Below are positions 21,093 to 29,603 of a DNA stretch of 64,000 nucleotides, piece by piece. Under the pieces are notes generated by a model, which saw only the letters and a program-made list of their open reading frames with translations, had not been told where the DNA came from and did no database searches. The DNA lies in the IMG/VR virus record IMGVR_UViG_3300050343_000266, positions 8,333-72,332 of that record. One strand, given 5' to 3'. A program made the position numbers and the translations under genes. This DNA is from a virus (Duplodnaviria; Caudoviricetes). Numbering within the stretch: the stretch's first letter is position 1; every line of letters begins with the position of its first letter.

Positions 21093-22166
21093 TTGCCGAG
21101 GATAAAGTCAATGCTTAACAATGAAAATAAAAGGTTAGGGTACACCGAAGTTTATTACAACTATAAAGCTGACAAATTTTTTACAGAAGACTTTGGCAAT
21201 CAATTTAAAGGATTAGATATTACGTTATCCAATGGCGGTGGTGGAGGAAGTGGTATTCAGGCTGGAGATAATATTAGTCAACTTACAAACGATGCAAACT
21301 ATGTTGTTTCAGGAGCAAATATTAGTACTTTAGTAAATGATATAGGATATTTAACGTCCTACAGTATTCCATCGGTAACCAGCCTACCAACTACAAATTT
21401 AAGCTTTGGCAATCTTGCTGCTTTATCTACAGATAACAGTCCATATTTTTATGATGGTACAGATTGGAGAAGAATCTTCTTAGCAGGTGTCCCACCTCAA
21501 ACAGGAGATCCCGATACTGATTGGGATAAAGTTATTCTTCGAGTACCTTTCAATACAACTACTACTGATGTTAAAAGTAATTTCACAGGCACTGTATCTG
21601 GTTCTCAAGCAGTTATTACTGGTAGTCCAAGAAAATTTGGAGCTGGTGCACTTAAAGTCCAAAACTCAAGCTATATTACCTACAGTGGTAATAGTCTTGG
21701 CGCATTTTTAGATAACGATTTCACAATAGAATTTTGGCTCTATATAGATTCATTTAATGCCCAAGATCAAGATACAGGTATATTACGCAAAGGCAGTACT
21801 TATTTCTATTTTGATTACGTTGGATTTAATCAGATGGTCTTTAAAATACACCTATCGAATGTAGGTGCAACGACACCCGATCTCGTCTATAACACCGTAG
21901 GTAACATGCCAACTGGCGGTTGGCATCATATTGCTTACTGTCGAAATGCGACGTCTGGTTTGTGTCAATTGTTTGTTGATGGTACGTCAGAAGGAACCGT
22001 TAATCTCAACAACCTGGTCGATTCAGTAGGCAGTGATTTATTCATTGGTGATCTAATAAACACTTCAGCAGATATGCTTATGGATGATTTAAGAATATCT
22101 AACTTTGAACGATATACGTCTAATTTCACAGCACCAACTGCAGAGCTGCCTACAAGTGGCAGTTAA
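21093..22166 (+). CDS. LamG/concanavalin-A-like domain protein (moron-like, AT-rich)
   Basis: KFGAGAL, DFTIEFWLY, WHHIAYCR, LFVDG, MDDLRIS..RYTSNFTAPT; two NISxLxND repeats. Confidence 0.8.
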   Translation: MPRIKSMLNNENKRLGYTEVYYNYKADKFFTEDFGNQFKGLDITLSNGGGGGSGIQAGDNISQLTNDANYVVSGANISTLVNDIGYLTSYSIPSVTSLPTTNLSFGNLAALSTDNSPYFYDGTDWRRIFLAGVPPQTGDPDTDWDKVILRVPFNTTTTDVKSNFTGTVSGSQAVITGSPRKFGAGALKVQNSSYITYSGNSLGAFLDNDFTIEFWLYIDSFNAQDQDTGILRKGSTYFYFDYVGFNQMVFKIHLSNVGATTPDLVYNTVGNMPTGGWHHIAYCRNATSGLCQLFVDGTSEGTVNLNNLVDSVGSDLFIGDLINTSADMLMDDLRISNFERYTSNFTAPTAELPTSGS

Positions 22167-22171
22167 AACAG

Positions 22172-22207
22172 CGAGGTTTACTGAGTGGTAAGCCTGTGGA
22201 AAACTAG
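22172..22207 (+). repeat. 36-nt imperfect direct repeat of 21021-21056
   Basis: CGAGGTTTACTGAGTGGTAAGCCTGTGGAAAACTAG versus CGAGGCTTATTGAGTGGCAAGCCTGTGGGAGATTAA. Confidence 0.8.
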
Positions 22208-22285
22208 GGGGGTCTTGAGATAAGCCCTGCTTATTAGACAAGGGTACTTGACGTGGTAGATTACGCTTAGCTTCGCCAAAAGAGC

Positions 22286-22308
22286 GGGTTCGAATCCGAC
22301 CCTCTCCG
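22286..22308 (+). other. tRNA-Ser 3'-end fragment, putative attP core
   Basis: GGGTTCGAATCCGACCCTCTCCG is a T-loop plus a 3' acceptor strand complementary to GGAGAG-starting tRNA-Ser; no 5' half present; about 70 bp upstream of the integrase. Confidence 0.6.
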
Positions 22309-22322
22309 TTCCTCATCACCTA

Positions 22323-22345
22323 CCCCACACAACGTGGGGTTTTTT
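22323..22345 (+). terminator. intrinsic terminator after the tRNA fragment
   Basis: CCCCAC-ACAAC-GTGGGG followed by a T-run. Confidence 0.7.
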
Positions 22346-22380
22346 TATAGGTTGGTGATAGGCGTTGCTTATAACCCCAT

Positions 22381-23184
22381 ATGAATCAAATGAACGTGTT
22401 AACTCTGGCTGAAAAGACTAGGCGGCTTTTCAAGTCCAAAGTCAAAGACTCCACTTACAGCAACTGGCTTAAGGCAGTCGGACCTATTAGTAATCTGACG
22501 CTTGATCAGATTACAAATGATGTAGTTCTTGAACAGCGCATGTACTGGCTTGAACAAACCAGTGAAGGCACAGCAAAAACTCGGCTCAGCAGTCTAAAAG
22601 CAATCTGGAACAAAGCATTGATGATTCATTTGATTCCAGGCAACAAAGCAGATAACCCTTGGTTGACTGCTGACTATGGATTAACAATTCCAGAACGAGA
22701 TCCTGAGTTTTATCCATGGGAATACTACGAGCAGTATCACAACGATCCTTACTTCGTCATTCTCTGGTTCACGGGTGCACGCATCGGTGAGGTTGCGGGG
22801 ATGGATACAAAGATGATTGTCAGGGACGCAGGCATTCCATACTTTCAGTTCATAGATCAAGAGAACAGAGACATTAAAAACAAACCTTCAAAAAGAAAAG
22901 TTCCTATTCACCCTGCCTGTGAACACGTGCTTGATGACTTTAGGCAGTCAAAAGCAAAATGCCCTGGAGCAAGCTGGAGTGAAAACTTTAGAAAGAATAT
23001 GCAGCTACCTGAATTTGAAGCAGCACATACCCTCAGGCATAGCTTTCACACTCGGTGTCGTGATGTAGAGATTGAAGAATATATGATTGATATCCTTACA
23101 GGCCATGCCAAAGCAAGCACTACTGCACAGTATGGCAAAACTCGCTTGCATTTATTAGAGAAGGCAATCAAGAAGCTACGTTAA
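22381..23184 (+). CDS. int: tyrosine recombinase / integrase
   Basis: Catalytic set intact: FTGAR, K in IKNKPSKRKVPI, HTLRH, LTGH, QYG. Confidence 0.92.
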   Translation: MNQMNVLTLAEKTRRLFKSKVKDSTYSNWLKAVGPISNLTLDQITNDVVLEQRMYWLEQTSEGTAKTRLSSLKAIWNKALMIHLIPGNKADNPWLTADYGLTIPERDPEFYPWEYYEQYHNDPYFVILWFTGARIGEVAGMDTKMIVRDAGIPYFQFIDQENRDIKNKPSKRKVPIHPACEHVLDDFRQSKAKCPGASWSENFRKNMQLPEFEAAHTLRHSFHTRCRDVEIEEYMIDILTGHAKASTTAQYGKTRLHLLEKAIKKLR

Positions 23185-23336
23185 CTACCGTAGTTTTCTA
23201 TATACCTGCTTTTTAATCCCCTGTGGCCTCTGCGCTATAGGGGTATTTTTTTATCAGTATATAGATAGCAGCGTAGTTAGCGTAGCTTCGGTGTTAAATA
23301 GTTAGAATATATTTAGTTAAGTAAAATCGGACAACT

Positions 23337-23477
23337 ATGGCTATCTTAGAATCGGCTATCTTCTGGATCGTGCTTGCTGCTGCAAGTGAAATTATTGCGT
23401 TGACTCCACTTAAGTCGAACAGCATGATTCAGCTTGCGTTGTCGGCGCTGAATTCGTTAAAGCCAAAAAAGAGTTGA
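23337..23477 (+). CDS. small membrane protein (absent from ORF track)
   Basis: MAILESAIFWIVLAAASEIIALTPLKSNSMIQLALSALNSLKPKKS. Confidence 0.6.
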   Translation: MAILESAIFWIVLAAASEIIALTPLKSNSMIQLALSALNSLKPKKS

Positions 23478-23728
23478 GCAATGTTCCCGGTGATGGGAAA
23501 TGGCTCTGGCAATTTGACACTCGTTCAGACTTCGAACGAGCTCAACGCTACATTCAAAAAAAGAAGTTCAACGCCACCCTTACTAATAAGCTTGACCAGG
23601 CTGAGGAAGAGTGGAATCAAACGCAGCCAACTGAGGAACCTACGTGGGAGATCTCAGAAAAAGGGACGTTTGGCACAGACGGATGGTCCATTTCAACCCG
23701 TTATAAACATCTACGAGCAGATGATTGA
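23474..23728 (+). CDS. hypothetical protein
   Basis: 84-aa ORF overlapping both neighbours at stop/start. Confidence 0.5.
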   Translation: MSNVPGDGKWLWQFDTRSDFERAQRYIQKKKFNATLTNKLDQAEEEWNQTQPTEEPTWEISEKGTFGTDGWSISTRYKHLRADD

Positions 23729-23960
23729 AACCGCCATTCCTGTTGTCATTGCAATTGTTACGGGCACAGCTGTGCTCTTCAACAAAGTTGGCAATCGAGT
23801 CACAGTATTAGATACAAGGGTAGACCGATTGGAGTTAAAACTAGCTGAGTCTTATACATCGAAGCAAGAATTTACAGCCGCCATGGGACGGATGGAAGAT
23901 CATTTGATTCGCATCGAAGACAAGATGGATATGCTGGTTACCATTAATCGCACTACATAA
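23721..23960 (+). CDS. membrane-anchored coiled-coil protein (lysis-associated candidate)
   Basis: N-terminal TM segment followed by RVDRLELKLAESY.SK.EF...LIRIEDKMD. Confidence 0.6.
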   Translation: MIETAIPVVIAIVTGTAVLFNKVGNRVTVLDTRVDRLELKLAESYTSKQEFTAAMGRMEDHLIRIEDKMDMLVTINRTT

Positions 23961-24014
23961 TTACAGAAGAGACAAGTCTTAAGTAAAGTAAAGGCAGTTG
24001 CGAAGAACAACTAC

Positions 24015-24467
24015 ATGGGAATTGCTGAAGACTGGAAGGACTTAATGTTCGACCTCACTTGCTTATCTAAGCAGAGTGCCAAGCGCAGATTTAAAAAGTC
24101 AATTAAGTATGGATGGGGTGGCCTCTGCGGATATTGCAGATGCAATCGAGCAACCACACTGGACCACATAAAGCCAAAATCCAAAGGCGGAGATAGCCGA
24201 AGGGGTAATCTCCTGCCCTGCTGCCTTGAGTGTAATCACTCCAAAGGAAGTGAACCTTGGTTAGTATGGTTTCAAAGGCAGTCTTTTTATAATGAAACTG
24301 CGAAAGAACTAATTGAAGAATGGATCTCAAACAAACGTTTTATAGAGGAAGAGTTAGCTGATGGAAGTCCTAACAGTCGAACAACGGTTTGCCTTAACAA
24401 GAGCTCGTTACGAGGTATCTCGGATGAGCCGTCCAGCCTTAGAAAAGACTGCTTTGCGTCTGCTTAA
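24015..24467 (+). CDS. HNH endonuclease
   Basis: CGYC...TLDHIKPKSKGG...NLLPCCLECNHSKG, motifs intact. Confidence 0.9.
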   Translation: MGIAEDWKDLMFDLTCLSKQSAKRRFKKSIKYGWGGLCGYCRCNRATTLDHIKPKSKGGDSRRGNLLPCCLECNHSKGSEPWLVWFQRQSFYNETAKELIEEWISNKRFIEEELADGSPNSRTTVCLNKSSLRGISDEPSSLRKDCFASA

Positions 24468-24684
24468 GTCCCGCATGGAACTTAAGAACGGAACACAAAA
24501 CACACTACTTAAAGCAGGGATCATGTTCAAAATTGATGAGCATCAGGCTGGCTTACCTGAGATCATTAGTGAAGAAACTTTTATGGAGCTCTTACTAAGA
24601 GCAGACGATGATTTGCCAACAAGTATTGACGATCAGGAATATGAGAATGACGATCTAGATGATGATGGTCTTATGATTGGTTAA
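24361..24684 (+). CDS. NblA-like phycobilisome degradation protein with acidic C-terminal extension
   Basis: LTVEQRFAL...EVSRMSR..L...LRLLKSRME.KN....LL matches the NblA pattern LSLEQQF.L...V..MS.EQ...L..L..QMM.K.N. Confidence 0.6.
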   Translation: MEVLTVEQRFALTRARYEVSRMSRPALEKTALRLLKSRMELKNGTQNTLLKAGIMFKIDEHQAGLPEIISEETFMELLLRADDDLPTSIDDQEYENDDLDDDGLMIG

Positions 24685-24718
24685 AGTTAGCTAGACTTCG
24701 ACTAGTTAATATTTACTT

Positions 24719-24943
24719 ATGGAATATATTTTAGGGCCAGTATTAGCTGTTGCTTTGAGTATTAAATTTACTGCTGAGAAAAGCAAGGTTATGGAAAAGC
24801 GTATCGCTGCTTTGGAAGCGAACATAGAACTCATGGAAAGTTCTTCTACAACGATGCAATCAGAAATGCCAAAACGCATGCTTGCAACAATCGTTCCTCT
24901 TGCACAAGCAGTAAAGAAATTAAATGAGCAAGTTGGTATATGA
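24719..24943 (+). CDS. small membrane-anchored protein
   Basis: Hydrophobic N-terminus followed by a coiled coil. Confidence 0.55.
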   Translation: MEYILGPVLAVALSIKFTAEKSKVMEKRIAALEANIELMESSSTTMQSEMPKRMLATIVPLAQAVKKLNEQVGI

Positions 24944-25137
24944 ACGTAGGGCAAGCTAAAAAGATTGCATTTGGAAGCCAGCCATCAAATAACTTGCAAG
25001 AATATTTTGATGCATGGCAGTGGCTATATGACAACAAGATTGAGCTAAAAGAACCAGACATAAGCTACTTAGATAAACTAATCTGTGATGGCTCAGTGAT
25101 CCCTAGAGAAGGATACTTCGATATACTAGACAAGTAG
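24940..25137 (+). CDS. hypothetical protein
   Basis: ATGA-coupled; EYFDAWQWLYD motif. Confidence 0.55.
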   Translation: MNVGQAKKIAFGSQPSNNLQEYFDAWQWLYDNKIELKEPDISYLDKLICDGSVIPREGYFDILDK

Positions 25138-25150
25138 TCGTAAAGATACT

Positions 25151-25483
25151 GTGAAAAGTGCTGGCTTAAGAAATAAACCGCTTGATCGGCGCTACTTACG
25201 TGATGACGAACGTGAAGCCTATGACGCAAGCGGTGACTATAACGCCCGTGCAAGTGCATTAAAACGAACGAAAGCTTATAAAGGACAGATGGCCTACGCG
25301 CAAAATCGTCCGATCAGGACTGTTACAACACGTCCTGGTACAGGTGGTCAGAACTCAGGCATTGGTATTCAACGTCAGCGTAAAGTCAATCAAGCAATGG
25401 CTAACGAACGCTCAGCTGATTTACGTCCAGAAATGAATGACACACCCAATATTTACGAACAGCTTGATACACGTTACGGGTAA
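25151..25483 (+). CDS. hypothetical basic protein
   Basis: 110-aa ORF ending at a bidirectional terminator. Confidence 0.5.
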   Translation: MKSAGLRNKPLDRRYLRDDEREAYDASGDYNARASALKRTKAYKGQMAYAQNRPIRTVTTRPGTGGQNSGIGIQRQRKVNQAMANERSADLRPEMNDTPNIYEQLDTRYG

Positions 25484-25486
25484 ACA

Positions 25487-25516
25487 ATAAAAAAACCTCC
25501 GCGTTAGCGAAGGCTT
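25487..25516. terminator. terminator between convergent genes
   Basis: A-run + CCTCCGC-GTTA-GCGAAGG-CTT. Confidence 0.65.
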
Positions 25517-25544
25517 AAGACTCTTCCATTGATCAGCTTAGCGA

Positions 25545-25916
25545 TCAGAAGCGGTAGGTAGCACCAATCTTGGTACCCAGTGAGAGGGTATCCACGTCAA
25601 ACTCTTGGTCTTCTGTGATGAATGCAACTTCTCCGTAGAGTTCAAATGATTCTGAGACATCGGCAATAACACCAAACTTACCAGACACTTCAGTCTCAAG
25701 CTCTTCATCTTCAATAGAGATAAAAGCAGGACCTGCCTGTACATAAAGGCTAACATTTTCGCTAGCTTCAAACTCATAACCAGCGTGGACTTCAGTCACT
25801 GCACCTTCAAACTCGTTGCCTACCCAACCTGCATTGTTCTCCACGTTGGCGTAGGGACCAGCAAAAGCGGGAGCTGACAGTACAGACAAAGCTGCAATAG
25901 TAATAATAGATTTCAT
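25545..25916 (-). CDS. small outer-membrane beta-barrel protein
   Basis: Signal peptide (…APAFA), amphipathic beta strands, C-terminal GATYRF BAM signature; family common in picocyanobacteria and cyanophages. Confidence 0.75.
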   Translation of the reverse strand: MKSIITIAALSVLSAPAFAGPYANVENNAGWVGNEFEGAVTEVHAGYEFEASENVSLYVQAGPAFISIEDEELETEVSGKFGVIADVSESFELYGEVAFITEDQEFDVDTLSLGTKIGATYRF

Positions 25917-25985
25917 AATTAAACTAACTAGTATGGATAGCGATTTATACTTATCGCTCTCAATATTATATGTACTAAATAAACA

Positions 25986-26013
25986 AAAAAAGACCCCCGC
26001 TGTTAAGCGAGGG
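25986..26013 (-). terminator. intrinsic terminator after the DUF4278 gene
   Basis: On +: A-run then GACCCCCGC-TGTTA-AGCGAGGGG. Confidence 0.65.
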
Positions 26014-26034
26014 ACAGATAATTAATTGTATAAA

Positions 26035-26217
26035 TTAGTGGCAGTAACTTACGCCACGGTATGTAAAACAACCATGGCGTTCTTTTGTAGCAGTGGCTTT
26101 GATAGTTGGGATACCACGGTAACGTGTCTCAGACATGCGATGAACACGTAGTTCGTTCTGTGCACGAAGGTACTCTTTGCGAGCATTTTCGACAGCACGT
26201 GCTTGTAATTGGGTCAT
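26035..26217 (-). CDS. DUF4278-type small protein with two YRG motifs
   Basis: TRYRGIP...FTYRGVSY; GGAG SD before ATG 26217; directly downstream of the riboswitch. Confidence 0.8.
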   Translation of the reverse strand: MTQLQARAVENARKEYLRAQNELRVHRMSETRYRGIPTIKATATKERHGCFTYRGVSYCH

Positions 26218-26243
26218 TGGAAACTCCATAGTGAGGTGTAGTT

Positions 26244-26305
26244 TCCCGTTCCTTCCCGCCATTCGTGCGGTACTTGCGTCTCCTAATGTTAGGAGATGAA
26301 CGTAT
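26244..26305 (-). ncRNA. glutamine-II (Downstream-peptide) riboswitch
   Basis: - strand CGTTCA-TCTCCTAAcaTTAGGAGA-CGCAAGTA-CCGC...GCGG-GAA-GGAACG-GG: P1 CGTTC/GAACG, E-loop-type junction and two hairpins, upstream of a YRG peptide. Confidence 0.85.
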
Positions 26306-26478
26306 CTATAGTTGCTAGCTAACAGGGACTTCCCCACAACTCGCAGGGAAGAATAATTACTCAGAGAGAAGCAGCAGAAATCTCTGAAACCTAAAGTGCA
26401 CCCTGACGCTGCTCTTCTTCAGATGCATATTTAGTCTAATAAATTTAATAGAATAGTAAGAGATTTAGTATTAAACAG

Positions 26479-28101
26479 ATGGGCAAGAAGAACAGAGGTG
26501 GAAATAAAGGCGGTGGGAGAAGGGGAGGCTCATCACCTAAGTCATCACCTAAGCCGTCACGGAGTCCATCACGGAGTCCATCACGCAATTCTTCACCAAG
26601 TCCTTCACGCAGTCCATCACGTAGTCCTTCACGGAGTCCTTCATCAAGTCCAGCACCAGCTAGGCAGCAAGCTAAAGCAGCAGCTCAAATGAGCGTTAAA
26701 GATCGTAGGGCAGGTGCAAAAGCTGCTGGTGTAAGCCTTAGGGATTTCAAGCAAGGTAAGACTGGAGCAAACGCTGTTGCTAGAAAAACTGCTCAAGTTA
26801 ATAAAAGAAACCCTCAAAGCTATGGAAGTGGTGGAAATAATAGTTTTAGTAACGCTCAATTGGCAGGTAATAGTAAAGGTGGTGGCTTAGTTAAAGCCAG
26901 ACGTAACGCAGCACAAAACGCTGGAATGTCTATGACAGACTATAAAGCTGGAGTAAAAGGTGGATCAATTGATAAGCATGGTAGAGCCAAAACAGGCGGT
27001 GGCATGACTAACCAAAGTGGTGGAAGTGCTTGGGACAATCTATATAAAAACTTTAACCAAGGCGAATGGGATGCAGAAGTAGCGGCTAACGAGAAGGAAT
27101 ACTATAAAAACAGCCCTAACAGTGGGATGAAAAGAGGCTGGCAGGGTGCACAGTTAGGTAAAAATGGATTCACGATGGATTCAAATAACGTAAATATGAT
27201 TCCAGCATTAGGGAAATACGGATTTAAAGCAGGGGATTTTGCGTTTGATCCTGATGGCTATGGAATTCACGATGAAAACAAAGATGGCAGAGAGGGCGCT
27301 GGAATTACAGGACGTATTTCATACGTCAGTAAAGGTGGCGGAGTACATATGGAACGTGATGGCTCTGGAAGCATTAATCCAAACTGGGATAAATACTCTA
27401 AATCCGGTTCAGCGAGGATGAGTTCAGAAGGATTGTATCAAGATAAATATAACGTCGGCTATCACGGTGCGGATGATAAAGGTGAGGATTATGCATCTAC
27501 TTCAAACCTAGGAGATATTGGTAGCTATTTTAAAGGCTTCAACCAAGGAGATAAATCATTTGGTGAAGCATACCACGGGTGGGCTGGTGGAAATCGCAAA
27601 GATGGGTATGCAGGTGATGTCCTAAAGTTTATTGATCAGGGACACATGAAGGTCAGCGATGATGACTACAACATGCTTGTTACTGATGCATCGAATTACG
27701 ACTGGGGCAATCGTAATGAAATTGCAGGTAGAGACGCTGGCAGCTCTACTTATGATTCACGATCAGGCGGTGAATCACAGAACAACATAACTGCTAATGA
27801 AAACTTCTATAAGAATAGAGATGCTGGTTATCATATGGCTGGCTCTATGGATCATGAACAAGCTGCTGCTAAGTATGGAAATACTTCTCAAAACTTTGGA
27901 AGCCAAGAATCAGACTTTGCTGCACCGACTCAAGCTGCTAGTAATTTTGAAATGCCTACTGTTCAACAAAGTATGGGACCCCAGTACCAAGGCTGGCAGG
28001 AACAGATGGGGAGCACATCCCAAAGTCCATATGCTACTAGAAGTAAGTCTAGTAAAATGAACTTTAACTTTAGCCCTTACAAATTCCAGCAAGGACAGTA
28101 G
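26479..28101 (+). CDS. large Gly/Asn/Ser-rich low-complexity protein with SPSR repeats (possible internal virion protein)
   Basis: 540-aa ORF, (SPSR)n N-terminus, TAGAAT box at 26449. Confidence 0.7.
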   Translation: MGKKNRGGNKGGGRRGGSSPKSSPKPSRSPSRSPSRNSSPSPSRSPSRSPSRSPSSSPAPARQQAKAAAQMSVKDRRAGAKAAGVSLRDFKQGKTGANAVARKTAQVNKRNPQSYGSGGNNSFSNAQLAGNSKGGGLVKARRNAAQNAGMSMTDYKAGVKGGSIDKHGRAKTGGGMTNQSGGSAWDNLYKNFNQGEWDAEVAANEKEYYKNSPNSGMKRGWQGAQLGKNGFTMDSNNVNMIPALGKYGFKAGDFAFDPDGYGIHDENKDGREGAGITGRISYVSKGGGVHMERDGSGSINPNWDKYSKSGSARMSSEGLYQDKYNVGYHGADDKGEDYASTSNLGDIGSYFKGFNQGDKSFGEAYHGWAGGNRKDGYAGDVLKFIDQGHMKVSDDDYNMLVTDASNYDWGNRNEIAGRDAGSSTYDSRSGGESQNNITANENFYKNRDAGYHMAGSMDHEQAAAKYGNTSQNFGSQESDFAAPTQAASNFEMPTVQQSMGPQYQGWQEQMGSTSQSPYATRSKSSKMNFNFSPYKFQQGQ

Positions 28102-28287
28102 TTATTTAGATTTACGTCCAAAGTCAAATTCAAATATAGCTCCTTGTAGAAATGGCTTAAGACAGAAAAGTTCTTCTTGATCTATTTCTCCTTGACCAGT
28201 CCATTTTTCTAATGTATATGACACAGCTGAATGGAGCGCACGAATAGCACGCTCATCAAATACACATGAGACTGATGGTTCATCCAT
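28102..28287 (-). CDS. small hypothetical protein
   Basis: 61-aa ORF downstream of the polymerase. Confidence 0.55.
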   Translation of the reverse strand: MDEPSVSCVFDERAIRALHSAVSYTLEKWTGQGEIDQEELFCLKPFLQGAIFEFDFGRKSK

Positions 28288-28301
28288 AGATATTATTATA
28301 T

Positions 28302-29603
28302 CTAGTGAGTAGCCGCCCAGTTCTCACCATGGTCAGCAGATGCAGCCATTGGTACGCGCAGGTTGTAGTACTTACCAGCTTCAGGCGCTGCTGCTTCTAA
28401 CAATCGTTTCATACGATCAACCTCTGCAGGTACTACAGACATCTGTACTTCATCATGTACGTAAGCACAGCGTGTGTAGTCACGGTCATAGGTAAGTCCC
28501 GCATCATCTAACATCTGCTGTCCAATTACCACCCATCGCTTGGAGATGATTGCTCCGGCAGACTGAAGTAAGAAGTTGGGACTACTGTGCTCAGCACGAC
28601 AGAATATAGGACGCCCATCAAGGCCCCTAAGACGACCAGTTGAGCGAACTTTAAGTTTAACTGCATCTACTAATGGCTCCAATCCAGGGATAGCGTCAAG
28701 GAATTTGCGGCGGAGTTCACCGCCAAGTGTTTTCTTCTGTGCATCTGACAGCTCAGGCTGCAGACTATGGCCAAGCTTTACGTCACCTGCACCATATATA
28801 AACGCATACGTGAGCGTCTTGACTTGTGTACGTGTACATCCAACACGGTCAGCATTCTGCTGGTGGATGTCACCGTTGACAACAACTTCAGCGAAGGAGC
28901 CCGAATCGAAAGCGGCTAGATAGTGCCCTAACAGGCGCAATTCAAGTCCTTCAAGGTCAGCTCCGACCATTACATGACCAGGGTGTGGAACAAATAGTTC
29001 ACGTGCCCACGGTGCACTTACCACCTGGCCCAAGTTGGGACCCCGATGCACATTTCTAGATGTTTGAGTAGCAAGAATGCAGCTGTGGTGGATACAGCTA
29101 TCCCCCTCAATAGAGTTAAACCAAGAGTTGGTTCCCTCGGATAGCTGACCAAGCCACTTCTGTAATGTCAACAAACGGATAAACATCTCACATTCGTCAT
29201 GCAGTTGCTGATTGCCAGTAGACAATGCAATGTCTCTTACTTCAGAGAGAGTTGCCTCATCAACTTTTGGCTTACCAGTCTCAGTAACTTTAGTGAAGCG
29301 TGCACCACGGAATGTTTGCAAAGCCCAGACAATATTTAGGCGTGACGTAGGGTTGAAGTCAGTCAAGCGCGTCATAGAAGCACCTGCTACATAGCCTTTC
29401 TTTTTATCAGCACGCTTTGGAGTAAATACCTTACCAGGTACGTACAGATAGATTGATTTGATTTTAATTGTTAGATCATCAAACTCTTGCTGCAGTTTTG
29501 TGCGTACACGTACAGCAGCCTCAGTATCAAATCTAAATCCACTTGCTTCCTGCTGAGCCATAAGCTCGGCCATCCGCATTTCAAGTGCAACGTAATCAGG
29601 CAT
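28302..29603 (-). CDS. polA: family A (T7-like) DNA polymerase, polymerase domain
   Basis: Motif A GADLEGLELR, motif B KTLTYAFIYGAG, motif C VHDEVQ; start placed at ATG 29603. Confidence 0.95.
   Translation of the reverse strand: MPDYVALEMRMAELMAQQEASGFRFDTEAAVRVRTKLQQEFDDLTIKIKSIYLYVPGKVFTPKRADKKKGYVAGASMTRLTDFNPTSRLNIVWALQTFRGARFTKVTETGKPKVDEATLSEVRDIALSTGNQQLHDECEMFIRLLTLQKWLGQLSEGTNSWFNSIEGDSCIHHSCILATQTSRNVHRGPNLGQVVSAPWARELFVPHPGHVMVGADLEGLELRLLGHYLAAFDSGSFAEVVVNGDIHQQNADRVGCTRTQVKTLTYAFIYGAGDVKLGHSLQPELSDAQKKTLGGELRRKFLDAIPGLEPLVDAVKLKVRSTGRLRGLDGRPIFCRAEHSSPNFLLQSAGAIISKRWVVIGQQMLDDAGLTYDRDYTRCAYVHDEVQMSVVPAEVDRMKRLLEAAAPEAGKYYNLRVPMAASADHGENWAATH

Noticed and set aside
22208-22310. 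Complete tRNA gene upstream of the integrase
   Set aside because: No 5' acceptor strand, D arm or anticodon arm can be folded; only the 3' fragment is present
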